DNA of 64,000 nucleotides from Rickettsiales bacterium (GTDB lineage Bacteria; Pseudomonadota; Alphaproteobacteria; Rickettsiales; JABIRX01): NCBI GenBank assembly GCA_018659145.1, contig JABJNB010000018.1, positions 11,039 to 75,038 of the forward strand, read 5' to 3'. Shown piece by piece: positions 55,963 to 64,000 of this stretch (position 1 is its first letter; each line of letters starts with the position of its first letter). The notes under the pieces were generated by a model. It saw only the letters and a program-made list of their open reading frames with translations, ran no database searches and was not told where the DNA came from. The position numbers and the translations under genes were made by a program.

Positions 55963-57684
55963 CTACGTTATATTGTGACCCTTAATCCAAGTAATTTCAT
56001 TCTTGGTTAACTTAGTGCCCAATTCCTCGATAATCCTATTATGGTAATCATTATACCATTTAATTTCAGTCTTAGTTAAGCGCTCCCTGTCAATAAGGTT
56101 AATATCTATCGGTGCTAGTGTTAGGGTTTTTAAGGCTAGAAAATTTTCGTTATATTCTGTTACTAATTCAAGACTCTCTATTCTAATTCCATAATCACCG
56201 CTTTTGTAATATCCAGGTTCATTTGATACAACCATACTAGCTTTAAGCACCGCGTTAAAAGATCTAGATGAGATGGATTGAGGGCCTTCATGAACATTTA
56301 AGTAATACCCTACTCCATGACCAGTACCATGAGCATAATCCAAACCTTCTTGCCAAAGATATTGCCGCGCTATTGCGTCCAAGGCTGCGCCAGAATTTCG
56401 TTTGGGGAATTTTAAGTCAGATAAGCCAATATGACCTTTTAATACCAGAGTAAAGCTTTTGATCATATCAGCCGTTGGCTTCCCTATAGCTATAGTTCTG
56501 GTAACATCAGTTGTACCATAATGATATTGCCCACCTGAATCAATTAGGACTAAGGAGTCTTTGCTGAATTTGAGATTAGTTTGCTTATTTGCTTTATAAT
56601 GAATTATAGCTCCATTCTCAGCAAACCCACAAATAGTCGGGAAGCTTGGCCCCATATACTTATCTGATTTAATACGAAAACTAGCTAATTTATCGATAGC
56701 ATCTAATTCAGATAAATCTGATTTATTAGGATGTTGATCGAGCCAATATAGGAACTTAGTTAGCGCTATCCCGTCTAGGATATGAGCTGCCTCAATATTA
56801 GCTATCTCACTTTTATTTTTGAGAGATTTTGCCGCAATCAAAGGGTCCGCAATATAGTTTATATTACTTTTGCTAAAACATTCTGAGAAAAAATAATTAG
56901 TTATTTTAGGATCAAGCTTAACATCTTTAGTAACCGGACTTAATTGCGGCATAAGGGATTCTAGCTCTGATTTTGCTATAATCTCTATTTTTATAGATGA
57001 TACCTGGCTGGTTAATTTCTTATGATCTGCAAAATCTGTAAAATCTGCAAATAACCTTACTTTATCCGGACCAATGATAAGATAGCTGCATATTACAGGG
57101 TTAAATGCGATATCAGCGCTCCTAAGATTAAATAACCATGAAATAGCACTATTATCAGCATTGATATATAACTCATCTGGCTGCAGGTTGAGTTCTTTTA
57201 GTAAATTAGTTAATTTTGTATCAATATCGACGCCGGCATCTTTTTCGCTTAAACAACTTACATCTGATCGAAAATTTAGAGATTTACTATCTTCTCTAAA
57301 AAAATTTAAACCTTGGGCAGAAAATTTTATATCTGGGTTAAAGGTTTTTTTAAAAAGATTAATCTCAAAAACTGAAAAACATAAACTAGGAAAATTAATC
57401 GTCAGATCTTTGGCTAATTTTATTTTATGCATATCTTGAAGATTCCAGATCTCAAAAGAATCGCCTAACTCCCTTGCAGCCTGCTCAAGATAGCGGCCAT
57501 CGGTTAAGAGAATTGTTTGAGTCTTGGTTAATAACAAATAACCATTTGAGCCAGTAAAGCCGGTAAAATATTCAAGTAAGTTATAATCTTCTTTAGCATA
57601 TTCTGATAGAAAGGGATCTTTACTATTTAGTAAAATAGCATCGAGGTTTTTTTCAGATAATTTTTGTTTTAGTAGAGATATCAT
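55963..57684 (-). CDS. pepP: Xaa-Pro aminopeptidase (M24B, aminopeptidase P family)
   Basis: DSGGQY, HGTGHGVGYYLNVHEGP and SNEPGYY metal-site motifs. Confidence 0.85.
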   Translation of the reverse strand: MISLLKQKLSEKNLDAILLNSKDPFLSEYAKEDYNLLEYFTGFTGSNGYLLLTKTQTILLTDGRYLEQAARELGDSFEIWNLQDMHKIKLAKDLTINFPSLCFSVFEINLFKKTFNPDIKFSAQGLNFFREDSKSLNFRSDVSCLSEKDAGVDIDTKLTNLLKELNLQPDELYINADNSAISWLFNLRSADIAFNPVICSYLIIGPDKVRLFADFTDFADHKKLTSQVSSIKIEIIAKSELESLMPQLSPVTKDVKLDPKITNYFFSECFSKSNINYIADPLIAAKSLKNKSEIANIEAAHILDGIALTKFLYWLDQHPNKSDLSELDAIDKLASFRIKSDKYMGPSFPTICGFAENGAIIHYKANKQTNLKFSKDSLVLIDSGGQYHYGTTDVTRTIAIGKPTADMIKSFTLVLKGHIGLSDLKFPKRNSGAALDAIARQYLWQEGLDYAHGTGHGVGYYLNVHEGPQSISSRSFNAVLKASMVVSNEPGYYKSGDYGIRIESLELVTEYNENFLALKTLTLAPIDINLIDRERLTKTEIKWYNDYHNRIIEELGTKLTKNEITWIKGHNIT

Positions 57685-57768
57685 ATTGATTTTTTGATGA
57701 ATTAATCTAAAGAGACTTAGGTCTCTCGAGATATATTATATATATACTATTTCAATCATATTTTTATT

Positions 57769-59487
57769 ATGACCACATTTAACAAAGATAAATTACCATC
57801 ACGTCATGTAACCGAAGGTTTTGAACGCGCTCCGCATCGCTCTTATTATTATGCGATGGGCTTAACAGAAGAAGAAATTCATTTGCCTTTAGTCGGAGTT
57901 GTAAGCACTTGGAATGAAGCTGCCCCATGTAATATTGCATTAAAACGCCAAGCTGAAGTTGCTAAAAAAGGTGTAAAGGTTGGCGGAGCAACAGCCAGAG
58001 AGTTTTGTACAATTACAGTCACAGATGGCATAGCTATGGGGCATCAAGGTATGAAATCTTCACTGGTATCTAGAGATGTTATAGCAGATTCTGTAGAGCT
58101 TACAGTTAGAGGGCATTGTTATGATGCAATAGTTGGTTTAGCTGGTTGTGACAAATCATTACCTGGGCTGATGATGGCAATGCTGCGGCTAAATGTTCCA
58201 TCTGTCTTTATGTATGGTGGTTCCATTCTACCGGGAAGGTATAAAGGCAAGGATGTAACGGTGGTTGATGTATTTGAAAGTGTTGGAAAATGCGCAACTG
58301 GAGAGATGAGTGAAGAAGAATTAATTGATTTAGAAAAAGTTGCTTGCCCATCTGCCGGTTCATGTGGCGGACAATTTACCGCGAACACAATGGCTTGCGT
58401 GTCAGAAGCTATAGGCTTGGCGATTCCCGGCTCATCTGGCGCCCCGGCTCCATATGAAAGTAGAGATGAATATGCATTTGAATCAGGTAAGCTTGTAGTT
58501 GACTTAATCAGAAAGAATCTAAGACCTCGTGATATCGTAACCCTCAAATCCTTTGAAAATGCTGCAGCTGTTGTTGCTGCCACTGGTGGATCAACTAATG
58601 CCGCACTGCATCTTCCGGCTATGGCTCATGAATGTGGGATAGATTTCGATATTTTTGATGTAGGCAGGGTTTTCGAAAGAACTCCCTATCTAGCTGATTT
58701 AAAACCAGGTGGTAAATATGTTGCGAAAGATTTATATGAAGCTGGTGGAATTCAGGTTATTCTAAAAACTTTATTGGATAATGGTTATATTCATGGAGAT
58801 GAGATGACTGTTACCGGTAAAACAATTCGCGAGAATCTTGAAGGAATAACATTAGATCCAAACCAGGATGTTATTTATCCAGCATCAAGCCCGCTGACTA
58901 AAACAGGAGGAGTTGTTGTCTTAAAGGGTAATATTGCTCCAGATGGTGCTATTGTAAAAATAGCTGGTTTAAATCATTTAAAACATACTGGACCTGCCCT
59001 AATATTTAATTGTGAAGAAGATGCTTTTGCAGCAGTTGAGCGCAAGGAATATAAAGGGAATGATGTAATAGTTATTCGTTATGAAGGCCCTAAAGGTGGT
59101 CCTGGAATGCGTGAGATGCTTTCAACAACCGCAGCTTTATACGGTCAAGGTATGGGTGAGAAAGTAGCGCTTATTACCGATGGTAGGTTCTCTGGTGGAA
59201 CAAGAGGTTTATGTGTTGGTCATGTTGGACCAGAAGCTTATGATGGCGGTGTTATTGGGTTACTTGAAAATGGCGATATGATTACGATTGACGCAGAGGC
59301 AAAAATTCTATCAGTTGATTTAACCGATAGCGAGCTTGATGTGCGAAGGTCGAGTTTTAAACCATTGGAAAATGACTATACTAGTGGCGTTTTATGGAAA
59401 TATGCTCAGACAGTTTCAAAAGCCAGAGATGGCGCTGTAACTCATCCAGGTCAAAGAGAAGAAAAAATTTGTTATGCTGATATTTAA
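57769..59487 (+). CDS. ilvD: Dihydroxy-acid dehydratase
   Basis: CDKSLPG, LITDGRFSGGT and other IlvD/Edd signatures. 572 aa. Confidence 0.95.
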   Translation: MTTFNKDKLPSRHVTEGFERAPHRSYYYAMGLTEEEIHLPLVGVVSTWNEAAPCNIALKRQAEVAKKGVKVGGATAREFCTITVTDGIAMGHQGMKSSLVSRDVIADSVELTVRGHCYDAIVGLAGCDKSLPGLMMAMLRLNVPSVFMYGGSILPGRYKGKDVTVVDVFESVGKCATGEMSEEELIDLEKVACPSAGSCGGQFTANTMACVSEAIGLAIPGSSGAPAPYESRDEYAFESGKLVVDLIRKNLRPRDIVTLKSFENAAAVVAATGGSTNAALHLPAMAHECGIDFDIFDVGRVFERTPYLADLKPGGKYVAKDLYEAGGIQVILKTLLDNGYIHGDEMTVTGKTIRENLEGITLDPNQDVIYPASSPLTKTGGVVVLKGNIAPDGAIVKIAGLNHLKHTGPALIFNCEEDAFAAVERKEYKGNDVIVIRYEGPKGGPGMREMLSTTAALYGQGMGEKVALITDGRFSGGTRGLCVGHVGPEAYDGGVIGLLENGDMITIDAEAKILSVDLTDSELDVRRSSFKPLENDYTSGVLWKYAQTVSKARDGAVTHPGQREEKICYADI

Positions 59488-60448
59488 TATAAAAAATACT
59501 AAGTTACTGACTTTGGTCATCACTGTATTAATGATCTCTACATCATGCATGCGGGATGAGTATAGGCAAGAAGAAAAGTTTGAATCATGGCAGCTAAAAA
59601 TCAAAGCCAAAGCTCTTGATGCAGGGATAACTTCGGAGAGTTTTGATTTAGCTTTTAAAGATGTAAAATTAAAAGAAGTCTTTAAAAAGCATGATCATAA
59701 ACAATATACTCGAAAGCAAACATTTGCCGAATATTATAATAATCACGTAAATGACTTACGTATTCAGCAAGCCAGAATTCATGAGAAGGCTTTATATTCA
59801 GATTTAAACGCAGTAGAAAAACAGTTTAATGTTCCAACCGGTTATATTCTAGCATTATGGGGTATTGAATCTGATTATGGTAAGCATGTTGGTAATTACT
59901 ATGTTATTGAATCACTAGCAAATCTGGCTTATAATACCAGGCGTAAAGATTTCTTTGAGAAGGAGTTATTTTTTGCACTCAGGATGCTAAATGATAAAGA
60001 AGTAAGCATCGCAGAATTCAAAGGCTCTTGGGCTGGTGCTAATGGACAATGTCAATTCATGCCATCAAGCTATTACAGCTATGCTTATGATGGTAATGGT
60101 GATGGTAAGAAAGATATTTGGAACACCAATTTAGATATAATTGCATCAATTGCTAATTACCTATCTACGCGTGAGTGGGACGATTCTGTTCCATGGGGAT
60201 ATGAAGTTGAGAGTGATAATAAAATTCAAGATTCTAAAGATGCTAAATCATTAGCAAGATTACATAAAAATGGTATTAAGCGTAAAGATGGTTTAATCTT
60301 CACCGAGCATGAATTAGAGCAGAGAGTAAAGATTATGACATTGGATGATAGAGTCTTTATTACTTTTGAAAATTTTGATATTCTAAAACATTGGAATAAC
60401 TCTAATTACTTTGCGGCAACGGTTGGTATGTTTGCGGAGAAGATATGA
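59474..60448 (+). CDS. Lytic murein transglycosylase (MltB/SLT_2 family)
   Basis: ALWGIESDYG catalytic-Glu region and GQCQFMPSSY motif. Overlaps ilvD by 14 nt. Confidence 0.8.
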   Translation: MLIFNIKNTKLLTLVITVLMISTSCMRDEYRQEEKFESWQLKIKAKALDAGITSESFDLAFKDVKLKEVFKKHDHKQYTRKQTFAEYYNNHVNDLRIQQARIHEKALYSDLNAVEKQFNVPTGYILALWGIESDYGKHVGNYYVIESLANLAYNTRRKDFFEKELFFALRMLNDKEVSIAEFKGSWAGANGQCQFMPSSYYSYAYDGNGDGKKDIWNTNLDIIASIANYLSTREWDDSVPWGYEVESDNKIQDSKDAKSLARLHKNGIKRKDGLIFTEHELEQRVKIMTLDDRVFITFENFDILKHWNNSNYFAATVGMFAEKI

Positions 60449-60933
60449 AAAATTTAGGCATTTTATTGATAGCAACATTTTTACTCTCATTTACATTTAA
60501 ACCTTTGGACCCTCTTTATAAAGGCTCTTTTAAAGTTGGTAATCCTTATAGCATTGCTGGTCGGGATTATATACCAGAGATTGATAACAGTTATTCTGAG
60601 ATAGGTGTGGCTTCATGGTATGGTGATAAATTTCATAATAAAAAAACCGCTAATGGTGAGGCTTTTAATAAAAATGAATTAACAGCTGCTCATAAAACAT
60701 TACCTCTACCATCGATCGTTAAAGTGACGAATTTGGATAATGGTGAGAGTTTAGTTGTTAAGGTAAATGACCGAGGGCCTTTTATTGGTGATAGAATTAT
60801 TGATTTATCTGAGTATGCAGCTTTGCAATTAGGTTTTATGCATAGAGGCACAACGGAAGTTGTAGTAGAGTTCTTACCAGAAGAAACTAATCAATTACAT
60901 ATAGAGCTATTTGGCCAGACTTACTTAGATTAG
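60445..60933 (+). CDS. rlpA: Septal ring lytic transglycosylase RlpA (DPBB domain)
   Basis: GVASWYGDKFHNKKTANGEAFNKNELTAAHKTLPLPSIVKVTNLDNGESLVVKVNDRGPF. Confidence 0.85.
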   Translation: MKNLGILLIATFLLSFTFKPLDPLYKGSFKVGNPYSIAGRDYIPEIDNSYSEIGVASWYGDKFHNKKTANGEAFNKNELTAAHKTLPLPSIVKVTNLDNGESLVVKVNDRGPFIGDRIIDLSEYAALQLGFMHRGTTEVVVEFLPEETNQLHIELFGQTYLD

Positions 60934-60936
60934 CGT

Positions 60937-61596
60937 ATGCGACCTTATTTTATCACTGGCATTGGTACAGATGTTGGCAAAACATTTATCTTAAGCAAAA
61001 TCATTGAAAGCTTATTAGCTGAGAATAAATCAGTTGCCGCAATCAAACCTATTATCACAGGTATTGATTCAGATAATTTTAGCGATTCAGATAGTTATAA
61101 AATATTAAATAGCTTAAGACGCGGAGATATTAATAGTAGGGGCGGGGTCCTCCCGCCCGCCTTAAAACAAATCTCCCCTTTCCTCTTCAAAAATCCATTA
61201 TCACCAGATCAAGCGGCGGCGTTAGAAAATACCCAAATCCCCTATGATGAGTTATTAACTTTTTCTAAGGAGTTTTTGGCCGCAAATAAGCAAAAAGACT
61301 ATAGCTTCATAGAAGGTGTTGGAGGCGTCTTTGTACCAATCAATCAAGATAAGCTAGTTATAGATCTGCTTGATGATTTAAATATAAAAGTAATCTTGAT
61401 AGCTAATAATTACCTAGGCTGCCTAAACCATACTCTAGCAACATTAAAAGCCTTAGAGCATCACGATGTTGTAATCTATTTCAACAATCACCCAGCACAT
61501 GATAATTACGCAGCTAATCTAGCTAGTCTAAAAAATTTCACGAATTGCCCTATTCATACTGATGTAGCAGAGTTGTTGCTTGAAATAAAAATCTAG
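60937..61596 (+). CDS. bioD: Dethiobiotin synthase-like protein
   Basis: P-loop YFITGIGTDVGKT, IKPIITG, IEGVGG and LGCLNHT align along E. coli BioD. Carries an in-frame repeat insert. Confidence 0.8.
   Translation: MRPYFITGIGTDVGKTFILSKIIESLLAENKSVAAIKPIITGIDSDNFSDSDSYKILNSLRRGDINSRGGVLPPALKQISPFLFKNPLSPDQAAALENTQIPYDELLTFSKEFLAANKQKDYSFIEGVGGVFVPINQDKLVIDLLDDLNIKVILIANNYLGCLNHTLATLKALEHHDVVIYFNNHPAHDNYAANLASLKNFTNCPIHTDVAELLLEIKI
61135..61158 (+). repeat. Family A GC-hairpin half-element inside the bioD reading frame
   Basis: agtaggggcggggtcctcccgccc matches the element arm cgtaggggcggggtcctcccgccc (49990..50013) at 23 of 24 nt. With the next codon (gcc) it translates as SRGGVLPPA, starting at codon 67. 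Confidence 0.85.
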
Positions 61597-61650
61597 GGCC
61601 GAACCAATATGCACTACTGCCTAGTAGTTAAATGGTATTAATAAAAATCC

Positions 61651-61794
61651 CGTAGGGGCGGGGGTCCTCCTGCCCAGAAACTCTATCAGGGGCAGGAAGT
61701 CCTGCTGCAATGAGGGTGCATATCTACCGGAATATTTTCATCATACCGATATTATAATTTTTTGCATGATCCCAGGCGGATCGGCTCTATAATG
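61651..61794. repeat. Degenerate family A core (61651..61712) followed by a partial family B copy (about 61745..61794, rc)
   Basis: cgtaggggcgggggtcctcctgcccagaaac...ggggcaggaagtcctgctgcaatg, then ...aattttttgcatgatcccaggcggatcggctctataatg. The B end overlaps the last codons and stop of the folB-like gene. Confidence 0.6.
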
Positions 61795-62125
61795 TTACTT
61801 TAACGTAATCGGCTTTTGGAATAGCGGATAATTTTTTTAAGGAAATTTTTAGATTGGATATATTCGAATCTATAGCCGAGATAGATTTATGCAACTCGGC
61901 TATTAAATGCTCAATAAGGTGATAATGCTTATTCCCAGACGCCTGCTCTATAGCCGCTACAATTAAGTCATAATCGATTGTATCTGCTAAATCATCACTT
62001 ATCGCCGCTTTATCCGCTGGATAATCAAACTTAATGCTAAGTAAGACCTTATTCTTAACTCTAAGCTCGATAGGATAAACTCCAAGTGAGATATGAGTTT
62101 GGTAATCCTTAATAAGAAATTGCAT
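61787..62125 (-). CDS. folB: Dihydroneopterin aldolase family protein
   Basis: 112 aa. FolB-like pattern (ISLGVYPIEL...TIDYDLIVAAIEQ...HLIEHLIAEL). Confidence 0.6.
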   Translation of the reverse strand: MQFLIKDYQTHISLGVYPIELRVKNKVLLSIKFDYPADKAAISDDLADTIDYDLIVAAIEQASGNKHYHLIEHLIAELHKSISAIDSNISNLKISLKKLSAIPKADYVKVTL

Positions 62126-62134
62126 ATTGCTTAA

Positions 62135-63235
62135 TTATATATCGCTATATTCCAACCCTAAGGAATCGGCTACAGATTTGTTAACTAATTTATCATAATA
62201 GACATTTAGTCCATTTCTAAAATTAACATTAGTCTTACATAATTCTTCAATATCAGAATTTACTAATTGCAGCAAATATGGGAAGGTCGCTTCTTCTAAA
62301 GCTAGAGTAGCTGTTTTTGCAGCAACTGCTGGCATATTAGTTACGCAGTAGTGAATCACATCTTCTTCAATATATGTAGGCTCTGAATGGGTTGTTGGGC
62401 GCGAAGTGTCTGAGCAGCCTCCTTGATCAATTGCAACATCAACAAAAACAGAATTTTTAGGCATTAAGCGAATATGTTCTCTTGATAAGATCTTTGGAGC
62501 TGACTTACCAGGTAATAAAATTGCGCCAACTACTACATCAGCATCCACTAAGAGAGTTCTAAGTAACTCATCTGAAAATGGCTTAACTTTAAATCTATTT
62601 GGATAAAGCTTACTTAATTCTGCAATCCGATTATCAAATTTCTCTAAGACTTCAACGTTAGCTCCCATACCACTTGCAACAAAAGCAGCATTCTCACCAA
62701 CAACTCCACCACCAAGAATCAGTACATTGCATGGCTTAATATTTTCAACACCACCAATTAACAATCCATTACCAGCATTGTTTTTTTGCAGAGCAAAACA
62801 TGCAGCTTGAATAGCAACACGACCAGCCACAGCACTCATAGGTTTTAATAATGGTAATTTACCAAAATCATCTGTAAGTGTTTCAAATGCAATAGCTATA
62901 GCTTTACGTCTAATTAATTCCTCAGTCAGCTCTTTTTCAGCAGCTAAATGTAAGTAAGAAAAAATAACCTGCCCTTCTTTTATCATCGCTAATTCTTCAG
63001 GTTGAGGCTCTTTTACCTTCAAGATTAAATCAGCATTTTTGTAAACATCAGCCAGAGTATCCACAACTTTAGCTCCAGCATTTAAATATTGTGTATCGCT
63101 ATAACCGATAGCACTACCTGCATCTTTTTGAACAAAAACTTCATGTCCGTTACTGACTATGATATTTACCTTATCAGGTGTTAGACCAACTCTGAATTCA
63201 TTATTTTTTATTTCTTTAGGTATTCCGACTTTCAT
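62135..63235 (-). CDS. ald: Alanine dehydrogenase
   Basis: MKVGIPKEIKNNEFRVGLTP start and NAD fold ILGGGVVGENAA. Confidence 0.9.
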   Translation of the reverse strand: MKVGIPKEIKNNEFRVGLTPDKVNIIVSNGHEVFVQKDAGSAIGYSDTQYLNAGAKVVDTLADVYKNADLILKVKEPQPEELAMIKEGQVIFSYLHLAAEKELTEELIRRKAIAIAFETLTDDFGKLPLLKPMSAVAGRVAIQAACFALQKNNAGNGLLIGGVENIKPCNVLILGGGVVGENAAFVASGMGANVEVLEKFDNRIAELSKLYPNRFKVKPFSDELLRTLLVDADVVVGAILLPGKSAPKILSREHIRLMPKNSVFVDVAIDQGGCSDTSRPTTHSEPTYIEEDVIHYCVTNMPAVAAKTATLALEEATFPYLLQLVNSDIEELCKTNVNFRNGLNVYYDKLVNKSVADSLGLEYSDI

Positions 63236-64000
63236 GGCTTTTTATCTAAAATATTGTTTTTAATAAATAGTAACATCACGATACCAGGAATTGCTAGGAT
63301 CGTTGAAATTGAAAAAAACATAATCCAATTAAAATTATCTGCAACTATTCCAGCACCAGATGAAAAGAATGTTCGTCCAAATGATGCAAATGATGATAAT
63401 AATGCATATTGGGTTGCGGTATAGTTTTTGTGGCAGAGTTTAGATATAAAGGCAACAAAGGCTACTGTTCCCATAGCTCCAGTAAGATTCTCGAGCCCTA
63501 TAGTTAGCATCAAAACTTGTTTGTCACCAGGAAAATAAGTTTGAACACAAAACATTAAATTACTTAAAGCTTGCAGGACACCGCAAAATATTAAGGCGTT
63601 TTTTAAATTTACTTTAGCAACTATAATTCCACCAATAGACAATCCTAGCATTGTAAAGCCTAGCCCAATAGTCTTGACGATGCTTGCAATATCTATTTTA
63701 TCAAATCCTTGCTCTAGTAAAAAAGGGTTGGTCATTATGCCTGCAAAAGCATCACCAAATTTATATAAAATGATAAATATTAAGATTAATATAAATTGAT
63801 CATTCTTAGTAAAGTTTAGAAAAGGATAGAATACATATTGCTTTATCCACTCACCATAAGATGTCTTGGAGCTTTCTTTATTCTTCTGAGTTTCAGGAAA
63901 GCTCAGAGTTAGTAAGGCGATAATTGCCATAATTCCAGCCATAATCTTATAAACAATATGCCATTCCATACTGCTTGCTAAAAACAATGCTCCAGCGCCG
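63232..64000 (-). CDS. ampG: AmpG-family MFS muropeptide permease, C-terminal part (5' end outside window)
   Basis: ILYKFGDAFAGIMTNPFLLEQGF, GLENLTGAMGTVAFVAFISKLC and TATQYALLSSFAS match AmpG signatures. The frame is open to the window edge. Confidence 0.8.
   Translation of the reverse strand, partial: GAGALFLASSMEWHIVYKIMAGIMAIIALLTLSFPETQKNKESSKTSYGEWIKQYVFYPFLNFTKNDQFILILIFIILYKFGDAFAGIMTNPFLLEQGFDKIDIASIVKTIGLGFTMLGLSIGGIIVAKVNLKNALIFCGVLQALSNLMFCVQTYFPGDKQVLMLTIGLENLTGAMGTVAFVAFISKLCHKNYTATQYALLSSFASFGRTFFSSGAGIVADNFNWIMFFSISTILAIPGIVMLLFIKNNILDKKP

Overview
This is a 64-kb chromosomal window from an AT-rich bacterium. All calls come from reading the ORF track and the DNA by eye; no searches were run. 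The core genes look alphaproteobacterial: holA fragment, ubiH-like, parC, recO, a DUF1674/SDHAF4-like mini-protein, ribE-ribBA, mnmE, prs, rplY-pth, lipA, long-type serC, metY, leuB, map, hemW, greA, trxA, rnhB, pepP, ilvD, mltB-rlpA, bioD, folB-like, ald and ampG. The accessory content fits an intracellular, Rickettsiales/Holosporales-like lifestyle, but the exact taxon cannot be determined here. That content includes a 919-aa ankyrin-repeat protein, an orphan protein with a ubiquitin-interacting-motif-like segment, an Inc-like membrane protein, and short palindromic repeats that enter coding regions. Main accessory blocks: (1) a type I R-M operon, hsdM-hsdS-fic-hsdR-DUF45 (4.9-12.6 kb), with a Fic gene where PrrC sits in EcoprrI; (2) a metal-uptake cluster with an OMP, ZnuA-like and ZnuB-like genes but no ATPase; (3) two orphan-gene islets (23.99-25.65 kb and 29.3-31.2 kb) that share a promoter-proximal palindrome; (4) tRNA-Arg(ACG) with a 44-nt copy of its 3' half 1.77 kb away, the two bracketing metY; (5) a tightly coupled operon of nucleosidase-like, SPL-like radical-SAM and SDR genes; (6) an OmpA-like / soluble histidine kinase / REC-fused pseudo-kinase / thioredoxin cluster; (7) a 700-bp insertion bounded by a duplicated rnhB 3' end. 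At least three dispersed repeat families (A: 251-bp MITE with a 73-bp GC-rich palindromic core; B: about 87 bp; C: about 148-bp MITE) fill most intergenic gaps. One repeat is nested inside another, one half-element sits in frame inside bioD, and two others supply the last codons or stop codon of a gene. I saw no rRNA, CRISPR array, transposase or intact integrase.
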